Assembly: GCA_017499595.2 (NCBI GenBank)
Contig: CM039002.1
Span: 3,410,001 to 3,474,000 of the forward strand
DNA: 64,000 nucleotides
Direction of reading: 5' to 3'
DNA from: Psilocybe cubensis
Taxonomy: Eukaryota
The notes beneath the pieces are model-generated. The model did no database searches. It worked only from the letters and a program-made list of their open reading frames with translations, and had not been told where the DNA came from. Of the stretch, positions 25,261 to 38,086 are shown in pieces; positions within the stretch are counted from its first letter, which is position 1; each line of letters starts with the position of its first letter. The translations under genes and the position numbers were made by a program.

Positions 25261-27371
25261 GATGATAGCCAAAGAATTACGCATCTGCAGCTGCTGCAAA
25301 AAAAAGGAAAAAAGAAAAGAAAAGAAACAAATCGCTCACCCACTATGCTGACTCCATGCCCACAAATCGCCGTCCTCGCGCCAAGTATTCATGTAGATTT
25401 TCAAAAACCCAAACCACCGTAAAAAGAAATAAAAATAAACAATAGCAGGAGACTCACAACAATTTTCAGAATTCCCGTATTTCGTACAAATCTTCCATCA
25501 GGATAGCTTCACATTTCTCTCCTGTTACGCGACGATTCAATCGTCCACCCCGGAATCGATCACACACCTATTTGCCGTCCCATACACACTATACGTGAGT
25601 ATACCATCCCCATCCCCGTTCACCTACCAACGCACGATGCACGCGGTATATCTGTCTGCCTGCAAAGTTCAGCGAAATACACATAGATATCCTCATACCT
25701 CAACCCCGAAATATATCTCCTATCAATTTTCCAAATTAGCTCGCGCATCCAGACGCGACCTGACGCGACAGCGATCACAGTTCACGTGATTCCCATAATT
25801 TCCCCTGATACCAACTCTCCAGCCTGTACTCAGCCATCCATATCCTCACGCACCTGAACACCGTAGAACCTGGCATAGAAAATAACAGTAGTGATCGACG
25901 TAGATGTCGCATGTGCACGCCTGTCACCACATCTCTCACCGGTCTAGACCGGGACGTGAGGCACGAGGGGATGAAGGAAGATATGACATCATCGCATCAC
26001 CCGGTGCACGTAGAAAGTGTTTAGCCTAGTCCGGGAGACACCTTGCTCCTTTACTTTGAAAGTAGTACGCCTTGATGGGTACGGTATGGAGAGATTGAGA
26101 TGGAAGGTTGAAGGGAAAGTGTGGGGGTGGCGTTAAAGCGCTTTGAGAGTTGAAAAACATTCGCCGTGATACCTTCTCTAGTCAGACCCGCCACGAGCAG
26201 AGTAAAAACAATTAACATCAGTTTTCTAGAATTCTCAAGGGAATCTTTCCATATTCACGATATTGAAAGGATCATCGCACCTTCCAATCGTCATGTACGC
26301 GAGATCAATTGACAGACATCCCTTCTGCACGTTAAGTAGAAACAGTGAATTGTCGGTCCACATCGTTAAATTTAAATTTAAAAACGCCTGCTGTGGTCAG
26401 GTCAATGATTCGTGAAAAATGTCGAACTCATCGTAGCAGCAACTCCCCGGGGTAGCCACAATCCGTAAACCTTGACTCCAACTGCCTAATTCCTATGGAG
26501 TCCACGATCGAAAGACGCGTTGTGTGATCCGTGTGGAGTAAGCGCATTCATAAATAGGACACTGCGGGAATTCCGAAGATTCTGAAAAGTTCCATGGCTT
26601 TCTTTTGCCTCGCCTTTGCGTGCCTGCATCTTTCAAAGGTCGTAGAGTTTAGGCCCAACTTGGCGTGTTTCTTTTGGGCTGTTTGTGTCGGCCTTGAAAA
26701 CTCTCATAAACTACGTCATCATTTCCATGACGAGTTCTTCATTTAACCGTTTGGGTCTGGGCTCGTCATTTTTTTATCCTGAACTTCGACGTTCGCTGAA
26801 TGCTGCTCCAGCATCGACTGCTCGTAATCCGTCGCTCGTCCAACTCGCCTCAAACCTAGTCGACTTTTTGATACCAACTATCCATCAGGACCTGTTCAGT
26901 TCTAGTCTGAGATCTGATAGGCCTTTTCCGTCCCTGAAAGGAAAGGAAAACGTGGACACTGGAAGATAATCACCGCACCCCGCCCTGCTTCTCCTGCTCT
27001 CTTTCTGTCGGATACGCACAAGACCTTTATCGTAGACTCGACCCATACATACTTCATCCTTTTCGTAGGTCACACCACAACCGGCAGGAGGCTTGCCTGA
27101 CGGTATCCGATTGTTAGTCGGCAGCATTCCTACCTCTAGCTAGACACGACCTATAGGCGTTTTTTGAATTGATTCGTTGCCCACAAGGCTACTTATAGCG
27201 ACGACCAAGAGGATCTGACCATCTTTTGACAGCCACTCCGAAGCAACAATCAGCTGCTGTACAACATATTTGCCAAGAAAATCACAATACCGACGTACCA
27301 TCATCAGCAACTTCGACACTCTGCGGTTACTCGTTACTTCTCTTCATATCTCTTTCACACAACTAACCAAT

Positions 27372-28043
27372 ATGTCCCCCGATTCGAGCATCCTACCCAC
27401 CGACAACCTATCACCCCTTTCATCGGCGTACCGTTCCTCCACGTCTTCCCCTGACGAAACATCATCGCAGCCGATCTCGGAACACGCAGCACACCGCGTT
27501 CTCCTCCTCCTCGACATCCAAGTCGCCATGCTCTCACCCCCTCCTATAGGAGTACCTGCATCCGCTACAGTACACGCTCACCTTACTCAGATCCTCGCCT
27601 ACGCGCGCGCCGCCTCACCACCACCTCTCATTGTGCACGTGCGCAACTCCGGCGACGTCGGCGATGCGGATGAGCCAAACGCTCCGGGATGGCAGCTCAT
27701 TTTTCCGCCACTGCCAGGCGAGGTCGTATTGGACAAGCGGAAGAATAGCGCATTCGCAGGAACAAATCTCTCCTCCATTATCGCTCCGGATGCTGAAATT
27801 GTGGTCGCAGGGTTTCAGACAGATTATAGTATCAGAGCGACGTGCAGTTCGGCGTTGAAGAGAGGAAATGAGGTACTGTTGATTCGCGGTGCGCATGCTA
27901 CGTATGATCGGATCGAGGTGCTGCATGGTGGCGGGATTACTCCCGCGTCAAGGATAGAAGGAGAGGTCGAGGCAGAACTGGAGGAGGCTGGTGTACACAT
28001 TTTGGATATGAAAGACGTTCCGGGGATATTCATGGATCGGTAG
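27372..28043 (+). CDS. Isochorismatase-like (cysteine hydrolase fold) protein, single exon
   Basis: VLLLLDIQ, PLIVHVRN, EVVLDKRKNSAFAGT, IVVAGFQTDYSIRAT, RGNEVLLIRGAHATYD. Confidence 0.9.
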   Translation: MSPDSSILPTDNLSPLSSAYRSSTSSPDETSSQPISEHAAHRVLLLLDIQVAMLSPPPIGVPASATVHAHLTQILAYARAASPPPLIVHVRNSGDVGDADEPNAPGWQLIFPPLPGEVVLDKRKNSAFAGTNLSSIIAPDAEIVVAGFQTDYSIRATCSSALKRGNEVLLIRGAHATYDRIEVLHGGGITPASRIEGEVEAELEEAGVHILDMKDVPGIFMDR

Positions 28044-29376
28044 CTGGTGAGGTTGAAACTACAATATTACCTTGATCTTTTTGGGTCCGAATTCAGACTG
28101 GCTTCGGAGGATCGGAGATGCGATGATTCAGAGAAAGGTTGGAGGGTGGGATGGTGGGTTCACAGCGGCATCAGGGTGTGATGAAGTTTATATTTTTGTA
28201 TCAGGATGGCATTCAATCGACTTGTCATGTATCATGAGTTGTCTTGCCAAATCAAAGATAGCCGTTGTTTCAGTACGCACGCACAGCTCTATAAATTGTT
28301 AAATTATTGCTCACCACTCAGACACCTTGCACGTATTGATACAAAAAACTGCATATATGCGCGTAACTCGCGCATACATTCGACTTTTTGACAAGTTTTT
28401 GAACGATACGAGTGAAGGCAGGTCAGATGGAAGACTTTCCTGTTACTAATTTGGTTACTCACCCACGTCGGACGACCTGTAGTTCAGGACCTCAGAAGTT
28501 GTGGTTTTCCGTATGTCAGAGGCAACATCAAAAGGGGACATTTTTTGCTTACACTCACGGTTGTTCTGATTCCCCTGGAACCTTTTATTTAGTTCCTTCG
28601 CGCATATGTTTCTATGATTTTGGTAGGGCTATCCTTCGGCCACCGCTGAGTCAAGTCGATGTCAATGTCAAGCTATTTCAAGGGAACTGGAAATAAACGA
28701 TTATCTTCTGAATCCAGATACAAAACGGGGTTACTTCCACCCATGTTTTCTCTTTAAAACTGACTGGCATTGGTATCGAGATTGTAGGTGGAGAAGGGAA
28801 GGAAAGAGGAGTGAAGGAAGAAACCTGTCAAGCGCTGTGCAAAAGTTGGATACTCTTAGAATTGCCTAATTGGGAATGCCGAATTACGGATCATGAACTT
28901 GTGGCAACTTCCGGCATGTTTGAACTTTGCAGTGGCACAAAGTGGTGCACGACCTTCGTCGCGACAGAGCAGTTAGGACCATTGCAATAATTGATCTTCG
29001 GCTGCAAGATAGATTTTCCATACTTAACTTCCTAACTTGTCAGAGTCTCTGGTCCGTAACCAGACAATATCTGTAGCCACTTGTTCGTCTGCTCAGCAAT
29101 AATCTCCATTAATTCATTTCCAACGTCTTACTCTTGTTCAACACTAGAATCAATAAGCGCCACTTGCTTTCGTGACGTTTCCTAGGATACCATAATTGGA
29201 GCTCAAAAGGTTTTTAAGAAGGTGCCTCCCCACTCTGCAGCGTCCGCACCTCGCCGCCTCTCCAACGCTGTGGGCGCCTTTCGATCCTTCGCATTCCTTC
29301 TCCTACACACCACTGGGAGTAAAACCACTCAAATAATACAAAAAAAATGCAAAAAATACATACCTCAAAAAACAAG

Positions 29377-29965
29377 ATGCGCTTGTATATCGGATTTTGG
29401 CAACGACCAGCAGTGGACGATGGCAGGGGAAGGTATCACGTCGGCCTCATTCTCAGCCCAAAGAAAGGGGGAACCTGCACTATTTTTCATGCAGTCACTG
29501 GACTTCTTTTCTACTCACACGAGTATGCTGACGTACTAGCAACGTGGAACTTCCACCATAGAGAAATAAGGCCATCCTCAGGAGAAACCTTTCATGGATG
29601 TATGTTTCTAGGAAAGCTCGGGTCTAATGTCGGTGTAAAAGAAATTAGAAGTGCCCTTAACAAGGTTGTCATTCCGACTCCTGAGTATGCCTATCAGTCA
29701 GGTTGGTGCTGTCGTGACTGGGTCATCGATTCGCTGAAGGTAGGATAGTTCTTCATTATATGCTACCTATTACTGAGGCTTTTGTGTCCAGACATTGCTA
29801 CATGAAGGCCTTATAAAACAGCTCCCATTCTCTCCCGAGGTTATCCTGTCTAAAGGAATAAGGTTTGCTGACAGAAAGAGGCGACGATCCTTGCGTGTTT
29901 GTGATGCAACGGGAACACAAATACTTCGCAAGAGTCTATACCCAGTTCTGACTTTCAAAAAATAG
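29377..29965 (+). CDS. Small fungal hypothetical protein with YHVGL...FHAV...CRDWV motifs (DUF6540-like / permuted papain-like candidate), two exons
   Basis: MRLYIGFWQRP...YHVGLILSPK...GWCCRDWVIDSLK, then a GT-AG intron (~29740-29791), then TLLHEGLIK...LTFKK*. Confidence 0.7.
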
Positions 29966-30567
29966 GAACACATACAGAGGCATTGCATTACTTTGCCCGG
30001 CACATTTTATACCGCAAACAATACCCAAGGCTGTTCATCTATCAACATATGTACTACTACACTATCCTTTCTATTCTCATGTACCATTTATATCACTCTT
30101 CTATTCACATGTACAACCAATGTCATCGTCATTCGAATATCTCGAAATCAAGTTTTATTAAACAATTTAGACGCTTCATTGTCATATTGCTGTTAACATC
30201 TGGGAATTTCTTCGGAGAGTTTCGATTCTCAAACTCACTGGCAATCGACTACCAAAAAAATTGGGCAACTTGAAGGATTCAAAATGGTCACCGGATTGCT
30301 TGGTGCATCGCTGATTATTTATATTGCCGACTTAAAGTCCCACGAGTCACCCAAGCTTAGTGATTGTTTCTCCGTTTATTTCCGTTCTGTCAACGACGTT
30401 CCCCAACACAGCGTCACAGTAACAGGCAACAGCAAAGCAACAGAGAATGCTGTTTCCCTGCTCCCTTCCTGTTCATCAGATATCAAACCAACCCTTCTAC
30501 ATTTAGCTTTGATTGTGATTTGGTGCCCAGGCTGGCAGAGAGCAGGCACTGACGTGTGTCATGAGCT

Positions 30568-31995
30568 ATGGCACAGAGTGGTCTTCCGGTGGTTAAAATG
30601 TGCGTTAGCAGTTGATTTCAATCATTTGGTTTTGGGTGTAAGATCATTGTCTGATCAATTTTTGTCGAACGCGAATTAGCGCTGGCCCATTGGTATGATA
30701 TTTTTGACCACCTAGCCTACTCTTCTGTTCTACATCTATCCACGAATAGTTCTTGTCGCTCTTATTCAACTTTGCGGGGTTCGGTGTGTTGACGGTCCAA
30801 GTTTGTGAGTTAGAATGTCCCTGTCGTAATGATACTACTGAACAACCCAAGACCTCTACTTTCTGGCGTTCCCCAATGACCCATTACGCTCAAGGAGTAT
30901 TGTCTACAGCGTCTATACTCTGGAACTGGTTCAGACCGTCTTAATAGCGAGGACGCTATACGACGAATTTGTATTCGGGTTTCTCGATGTTGATTCTCTC
31001 GATCGTATTGGAGAGATATGGTTCGCCGTACCTATCGCTGGAGGAATTGGTGTGTCTTTCCGTCCCCCACCTTTCACTTCAAGGCAAAGCTCGCTGATTC
31101 ACCTTTCGTACTAGTAACATTTATTGTTCAGTCGTTCTACGTTCATCGCATTGTGCAGCTAGGGCATTTCTTGGGTCGGCGACGAGTAATTGCCATTGCT
31201 TGCGGTGTAATTTTGGTAAGGGTCGATCTAATCTCGCTTGGAGGTATATGCTAACATTTACTCTTTCAGGTTTCTTTTGCACAGATGGCCGCTGGATTTA
31301 CCCTCGGAGTCCAAATGTTCCAAGTTTCTTTGTATAGTAAAGTCATGGTACCCGAAATTCAGACTTCAGCTGGGGTAAGAAACCTTCAACTACTATTATC
31401 TTCTGCGCTTTTACCCTTCCCGTCTCACAGATATGGTATGCGGGTGGTGCTATTTGTGATATTGTGATTGCTGTGTGTATGACAAGTATCGTCAGTCACT
31501 CTTTACCGTTCATACGCACAAAACTCATGGTTTTTTCCCCAAAATTATCAATAGCTCTTACGTTCCAGTGATGGGATTACGCCAAGGACACGTAAGATTG
31601 TCCGGAGACTGATACGATTGACCGTCGAAGCTGGCAGTTTAACAGGTCTGTACCATGTAAACATGTTCGTCGCACGAAATTGTTTCTTACTCCTCTATTA
31701 TACAGCGGCCATGGGCATCATCACCATCGCTTTTGTTCTAATGCCTTCTCCAGAAACATATTACCAGACAAGCGCGGCTATACTTTCAAAATTGTATTCC
31801 AACACTATGATGGTGGTCCTCAATAGCAGAATGGAATTATCCAGTCGAGAGACAGATACTCAAATGTCCCTAATGTCTGGCGTCAAATTTGCCACTAGAA
31901 TGCCTGTACGAGGACAGGATGGTGTCCATAGAAGTAGTAGGGATCCAGGGACGGAAACACATAGGATTACGGAAAGCGATACTGCGTTAAATTAA
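30568..31995 (+). CDS. DUF6534-type multi-pass membrane protein, paralogue 1, ~9 exons
   Basis: LYFLAFPND, VYTLELVQT, FIVQSFYVHRI, CDIVIAVCM, RRLIRLTVEAGSLT, SKLYSNTMMVVLNSR. This is the typical pattern of the expanded Agaricomycete family. Confidence 0.85.
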
Positions 31996-32617
31996 TATTA
32001 TGACCAACAACTCCACCAACATGACATTGAAACCTTCTTACAAATTTCTCTGTACTTTTAGTATGTATCGTATACCAGGCATCGTACATCTGAACCTCAT
32101 CCTTTCCCATATAAAACTAGACTGTACATTAGCTTATCTATAAGCGTTTTTTTCTCATGCAAGTACAAATAGACCAAATGTAAACGTCGTTTCCTAAGAG
32201 AACTGTTTAATACATATCGCAGTTGTTGGACGCCAATGGACGATCTGACAGAACAGTACAGCACACCCTTGAAACTTGGATTTCCCGTAAGTGACCCACG
32301 GCAGACTCAGTTGTTATGATGACTTGACCATGTTGACAGTTTTCTGCTGTCAAAGATATGCAAATGTGTTTCCACTCAACGGAAAGATTAAGGGTGATGC
32401 ACATTGGGTGATGCACATTGACAGATTAAGACTTTAATTATCGTTCCTTCTGATTTCCGACTTTTGATCACAAAATGGCGGACAACTACTCAGAGACCAA
32501 ATTTAGCAGACTAGATATATCTCAAATCTTAAACCTTTCGCCCCATCAACTGCCTTCTTCTCATCTAGACAGACCCTGACTGCGCCTTCGCTAATACCTT
32601 GTTCTTAAGATTGTTAA

Positions 32618-33981
32618 ATGCAATCTTCGCAAAGGTAAGTACTGTAGTTCTATCCTGGTACATCTTTAATTCAAACTTTAGCAGTGCTCCAGCTTGGGTG
32701 AAATTATGCCTATTTCAACGCAAAGTGTGTCCATGAGAATCTTATTAATCTTTCAGTTCCTGGCCCTACTGTTCAACTCGGGTGGTCTAGGCATTCTTTC
32801 CTTCCAGTTCTGTGCGTCACTGGTTTTTTCACTGGTTTTTGCTCGACTTACTTGGCTAATAGGTCTCTACCACGTCGCATTTCCGGACGATTCAACGTGG
32901 CTTAAAATAGTAGTTTCTTTCGTGTACACGCTTGAAGCTTTACAGACATTGATGCTTTGTCGAACTGCGTTCCATGCATTTGTCTATGGGTTTTTCAGCT
33001 TGGACTCCCTCGACGTCATAGGTAGCTTATGGTTCTCAATTCCCGTACTTGGGGCATTAGGTACATCAACTTATAAGTTACTGGCATGTTATCCTTACAC
33101 ACTGACAATACGGAAAATTCCAATTTTCCGACTGATTGTCATAGTGTCATTTGTCGTGCAATGCTTCTACGCGTACCGTATCTTTCAGTTAAGCAGCTTA
33201 TTGTTCGACAGGATGGCTCAGCGCTTGATCACAATCAGTATCGTCATAGTCGGCTATCTTCCATTTTACATCAAGCGATCTGCACTGATTATATCTATTT
33301 TTCAGCTATCACTCTTGCAGTTGGCAGGTGGATTGGCGCTTGGAGCTGGAATGCTAAGTGTGGCACGTTTTAGCCTCATCAAGACGCCGAAAATAAGGGT
33401 CCCTACTGGGGTAGGTGCAGACTGGTGCAGAGTTCTTAGTGGCTTGTACGGGCGCTAATTAAACATTCAAGTTATGGTACACAGGGGAGGCTATCAGCGA
33501 TATAATGATAGCTATATCCATGTCATATATAGTAAGATGCTCAGAGTCTACCCAATGGCGTACTTTAAATTCAGTCTAATTCATCACTAGCTGATTCGTT
33601 CGCAAAAAAGAGGGGCCCCAGGGACTCGGAGATATATGCGACGAGTTATACAACTGACTATAGAGACAGGAACAGCAACAGGTACAGAGAATTGAAGTGC
33701 GAAAGAGCTCCATTTACTGAACCCTTCTTCAAGCAACTATGTCCGTCCTTACAGTTGTCCTTGCGGTTGTCAATGGTCACACGTCGTACTATCAAACCAG
33801 TGCCGCCATTGTTTCGAAGCTGTATTCGATCACCTTTATGGCATCTTTGAACAGCCGAGTTCAGCTTGCGTCTGTTGAGAGTCAAACAAGGCTTGCCACC
33901 AAGCATGAAAAAACCAATGCAACAGCGATAAGATTTGAAACCCCCGAACATAGCAACACCGCAGAAATGTCCTTTGCATAA
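32618..33981 (+). CDS. DUF6534-type multi-pass membrane protein, paralogue 2
   Basis: LYHVAFPDD, VYTLEALQT, FVVQCFYAYRI, SDIMIAISM, RRVIQLTIETGTAT, SKLYSITFMASLNSR. Intron positions match paralogue 1. Confidence 0.85.
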
Positions 33982-34280
33982 TTTGTACTTTCTTTTCTAA
34001 TATGAATGTGGTTGCGGGTTCCTTCAGAAGTTTTCCTTCTCAGTGAAATTGATATATTATACAACAGACCCGAAGGGCGTCACCATGCTCGGAACTCTGG
34101 CCCATCGGTGTCGAGAGAATGATGCTACAACTACTGTGCTAGCATGTGTATGTACAGATAATCGGCTATCCTCACCCACTGCGTTCTCATTCCAATCCAG
34201 ATTCCACAGATTCCAAATTAAACGATTATGCCTTATCCATAAAAGTCGACATCAGCCTCACCATGCAGACAGAAACAACC

Positions 34281-36006
34281 TCAGTCATCCTTCTTTGCCA
34301 CCTTTTTTGGCGGGGGCCCTACCTGGAACCCATTCCCGTTGGCGGGGTGGGGTGAAGCAGGGAATGTCGCATAGCTGGCGGGTGTCCCGGGAACACTGAC
34401 GTTTCCAAAGCTGGTAACATCAGGCGCAGCCGATTGAGGCATAGGTGAATATGGTGTACCATTGCTCGACGATCGCTGCGCCTGTGGAGCATACGACGGT
34501 GTCCGTGGCGGACCGAGACTGGACGAGCTGCGAAGGCCTGGTGTTGGAGGTGGGCCGGAAGGACCGAAGGTTCCCGAAGGGTATCCCAGTCCAACTGAGG
34601 CGGGTGTACCGGGCATTGGTGAACCAGGTGTGGAATTGAGATAAGGTGAGTGTACCCCGGGCGAGAACGCGCCTGCAACGGGTGTGCCATTGTATGATGC
34701 GTACGGAGATCCGTTCCCGTTGCCTTCCATCGTCCACCCGCTGCCTTGTGGAACGAGCTTCCCGCTCTTGGGTCTTGAACGGAGCTCACCACCGCCCCAC
34801 TTTGAGCGAAGACCAATTTTGACACCGGATGATTCAGCAGCAACTATACCTGCAGTCTGATCTGCACCAGACACTACTTCTACCGCACGATAGGTGATGC
34901 GAATCGCGTAGCCCATGCAAACAAACACGCCTCCAAGGACACCAACGCAGCGAATAAGGAGCTGCAGGAATGTTGTTGTTCGTTGGTGTAGAGTGATTGC
35001 AAGAGGATCAAGGTCAAATTTGAAGAAGATTCCAGGCGTGCCGCGGTCATGGTCGATTTCCCTGGTGTAGTGCGTAACTGAGTATTGGTGGGTATGCAAA
35101 GGCGGGCTTCGAGGAGCAATATACGTCGTTGGCACAACATGCAAGAAGTACTGGTATGCAATAAAGTTCTTTTCAGTCGCTTCGTATGAATTGTCCAGAG
35201 GCTGGACTATCTCTGGGAAGAACGGGCCGAAGGAAAACTCGGAAATGACGTGCGAGAGGTTCATCTGCTTGTGGTCGACGTGCTCGTAACTTGCGTATCC
35301 ATGTCCGAGAGTGGTAATATGCAGATTGGCGGTGACGCGCTTGACGATGAGTTGACCTGTAATTCGGCAAGCGCTGGCGTCACCAACGTGGTTGTATTTC
35401 GGGGAAGGTTTGAATCCAGGATCCTTGTTTTTCATAAATAGCCATGCAAACAATCCTCGAGATTTTCGTGATTGGGTAACTGCTTGTTGGGCAGATAGTG
35501 CAGCTGCGTGTTCTCTATTGAAAATTTCAACCACCGTTCCAAAATGAAAGCAAAACAAAACGCACTTTAACGAAGTAGCTTGACCGACATCGAATAGTAC
35601 ACCGTCTCTCCGCAATCCTCCACTCAAAAAGAGCCTATCGCCCATCGCATCTCTCAGGTCAATACTCAGGACTAGACGAAAGTGAGCCGGAAATATGGCC
35701 AAGATTTGAATAACACTCACATCCACAAGGCATGGCGACTGTCATGTCTAGGTTGATAGTCAAGTCGGGGGCTTCGTTTTTGTCCACGCTGAACTCGTAA
35801 TCGGGCCAGCCCCATACATATTCTCCAATGTCGTTCAGTACCAGCATAAATGCCATGAAGGCAACAATGAGGGTCATGAACCCTCTCGACTCTGACCGAG
35901 CCTTGTAGGTCGTCGGCACCTTTGGAAATGCATCGAGCTTGGCCAACGGGGCAACTTGGTCGAGCTTGTCCAGCAACGAAGACTCCTCCGCCGTCGTGGT
36001 AGTCAT
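34281..36006 (-). CDS. ERV41: ER-derived vesicle protein Erv41 (ERGIC2 family)
   Basis: LDAFPKVP, INLDMTVAMPC, SACRITGQL, NLHITTLGHGY, NLSHVISEFSFGPFFP, YQYFLHVVPT, PGIFFKFDLDP; two TM segments; C-terminal KKDD dilysine motif. Confidence 0.93.
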
Positions 36007-36587
36007 TTTGGGGCCTGCCAGCTGAGGCTTGTGGTATAAGTATTAGAACCTGTTTGGAGACCGTCGACGTGTCCTATCTCCGAAGTTACATGGAGATGAT
36101 CATGTGCGCTGTTTGCTCGCGTGGCGTATGCAGGTCTTCTTTTATTTGCATCGAACGCTATCGCAATTTGTTCCAAATATGCACTTGGGTTAAACATACG
36201 AAATATACTATAGTCTGTGACGGTTGACGGTCTGTGATTCCCTGGGCAGCGGGCCATGACTGTCCTGGAACCAGCAAAGGCATTTGACTGACCTTCTACT
36301 CAAAACTGTCGGTGATACATGCCGGCAAACCTGTGATGGGGTCTTGAAGGTGATGACAGACTCCGGGTATGGGCATTTTTACGGTAAATTTTCGGTATGT
36401 CGGTTGACAATCTACTAGGTATAAATACAGGTTCGCCTCTGTAGCGCTTTGGTTGGTCACTAGAATGTAGGCCTGTGGTCATGCATCTGCGACAGCACAA
36501 CTCGCCGCTGATGCGAGTTTTCTTCCCATACTATACCCTATCCACCTCTGCCTCTGTTTTAAAACGATGCCAGCACCGCACTAGCCA

Positions 36588-38086
36588 TTAGACGCGATTA
36601 GCAGGCTCGCTGTAACGAGCGCTGACATACTCAGAGTGTTGATCATTGCGAAAAACATCTGGTGTACGACTCTGAATCGGCGTACTAATTGTCGAGGGAG
36701 ACCATTTTGGTGTTTTTACTGGCTCTACAATTGTTCCACTTGTCTTCTGCTGGTCTGCGGTGCGCATTGATTGATCATGCGTGTCCCTCAGGTTGAGAAC
36801 CAGCCGACAGGATAGGATAATCTCCAACATTATTGTGGCTCTGAAACACGATTACAGACGATTAAGACGGATAAAACACGACAAAAGACATACGGGAGGT
36901 TTACTACTCGAATTTCAGCGGATGCGCCGAGGAAGATTATCACATTGACAAAGTTCATGCTGAAAATGGCGAGGAAATAAAGAAACCCGTCGCGCCAGAT
37001 GATGTCAAGCATTTGGTTGGTCATTTCATCCCTCCAGAACCTGTACGCCTTGCAAGAAATTAAACTATTGCAAGTTAAATTTTATATTTGGAAAGGCAGA
37101 CAACCACGTACACGACAGTCAAGGCATCGTAGAAGAGGGGCACAGTCTAAAGGAATCAAATCAGTCTTGTTCTTCCGAGTGGTGGGGATGCTGACCCAGT
37201 ATACCACGTCCCATACAAATGGACCAGATCGAGCACCGCATGGCCCATTTTCAGAGTTTGGGGATTGTTCAGAAGTTGTCGTCGTCGGTGCAGCAATGGC
37301 TATCCCCACAACAATGCATTCTATAACAAGAATTGACCCAAGTGCAATCGCCATTCTCTTGCTTTTAGAAAATATCTGACAGAGGTAATGGTAAATGCAA
37401 ACGCTACAGGAAAAAATAACGAAGGTAGCTTGCCGCGTAGACTCTCCCTCCCAAAATTATTTGAGAGAGAACAATGCTAATCAAGCCCCCTATAGGCTCT
37501 ATATAGAATATTCCTGGTCCACGTAGGTAAGATGTCGTTTTCAACTTGTGTCGTTTCAAGTATGCTCACGATTACACGCAGAAGGCGCCCATACTCCGGC
37601 GACAAGCGTCACAATTATTGAGAATCTGCGAAATATTTACACTCAAAACGAGTGTATAGGTCATTAGGTGAATATCTCACTGTATAAGGCCAAAATATCG
37701 GTTCGCTGTGAATTCTTATGAGCCCAAGAACCATGGCGAAACATACGGTGCGTACTCACCGACGTATAAAATGCTCGACAGCTAAATAGTGACGATGAGT
37801 CTCAATAGTTACCAATGTATGCAAGGCAAACCCTACATTTATTTTTTTCCTCCAAATCAGTTTATATTCCTGTGGAAGGCACACCAAAAATTCCCAACCA
37901 TATATGCAGAATCTGTGGCAAACAGCATCAGTTCGTCAGTCTAAAAATATTGAATTCAGCGGATTTTGCTTACGCCCCTACTGCCCATATTAATATCGAA
38001 TTCCTTCCATCAGGGGCGGGAGGTGCATCCTGGGGTGTCGCTGACGTTATCCCACCACCCATTCCAGTGGGTGAAAAATGCTTCAT
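36588..38086 (-). CDS. DUF6533-type multi-pass membrane protein, many short exons
   Basis: RVYA|IFSKSKRMAIALGSILVIE, DIIWRDGFLYFLAIFSMN and ILSCRLVLNLR match the family pattern. The start (ATG 38086) is tentative. Confidence 0.8.

Noticed and set aside
30065-30120. TTCTATTC.CATGTAC repeated twice
   Set aside because: Short local duplication in a probable 3' UTR; no further structure
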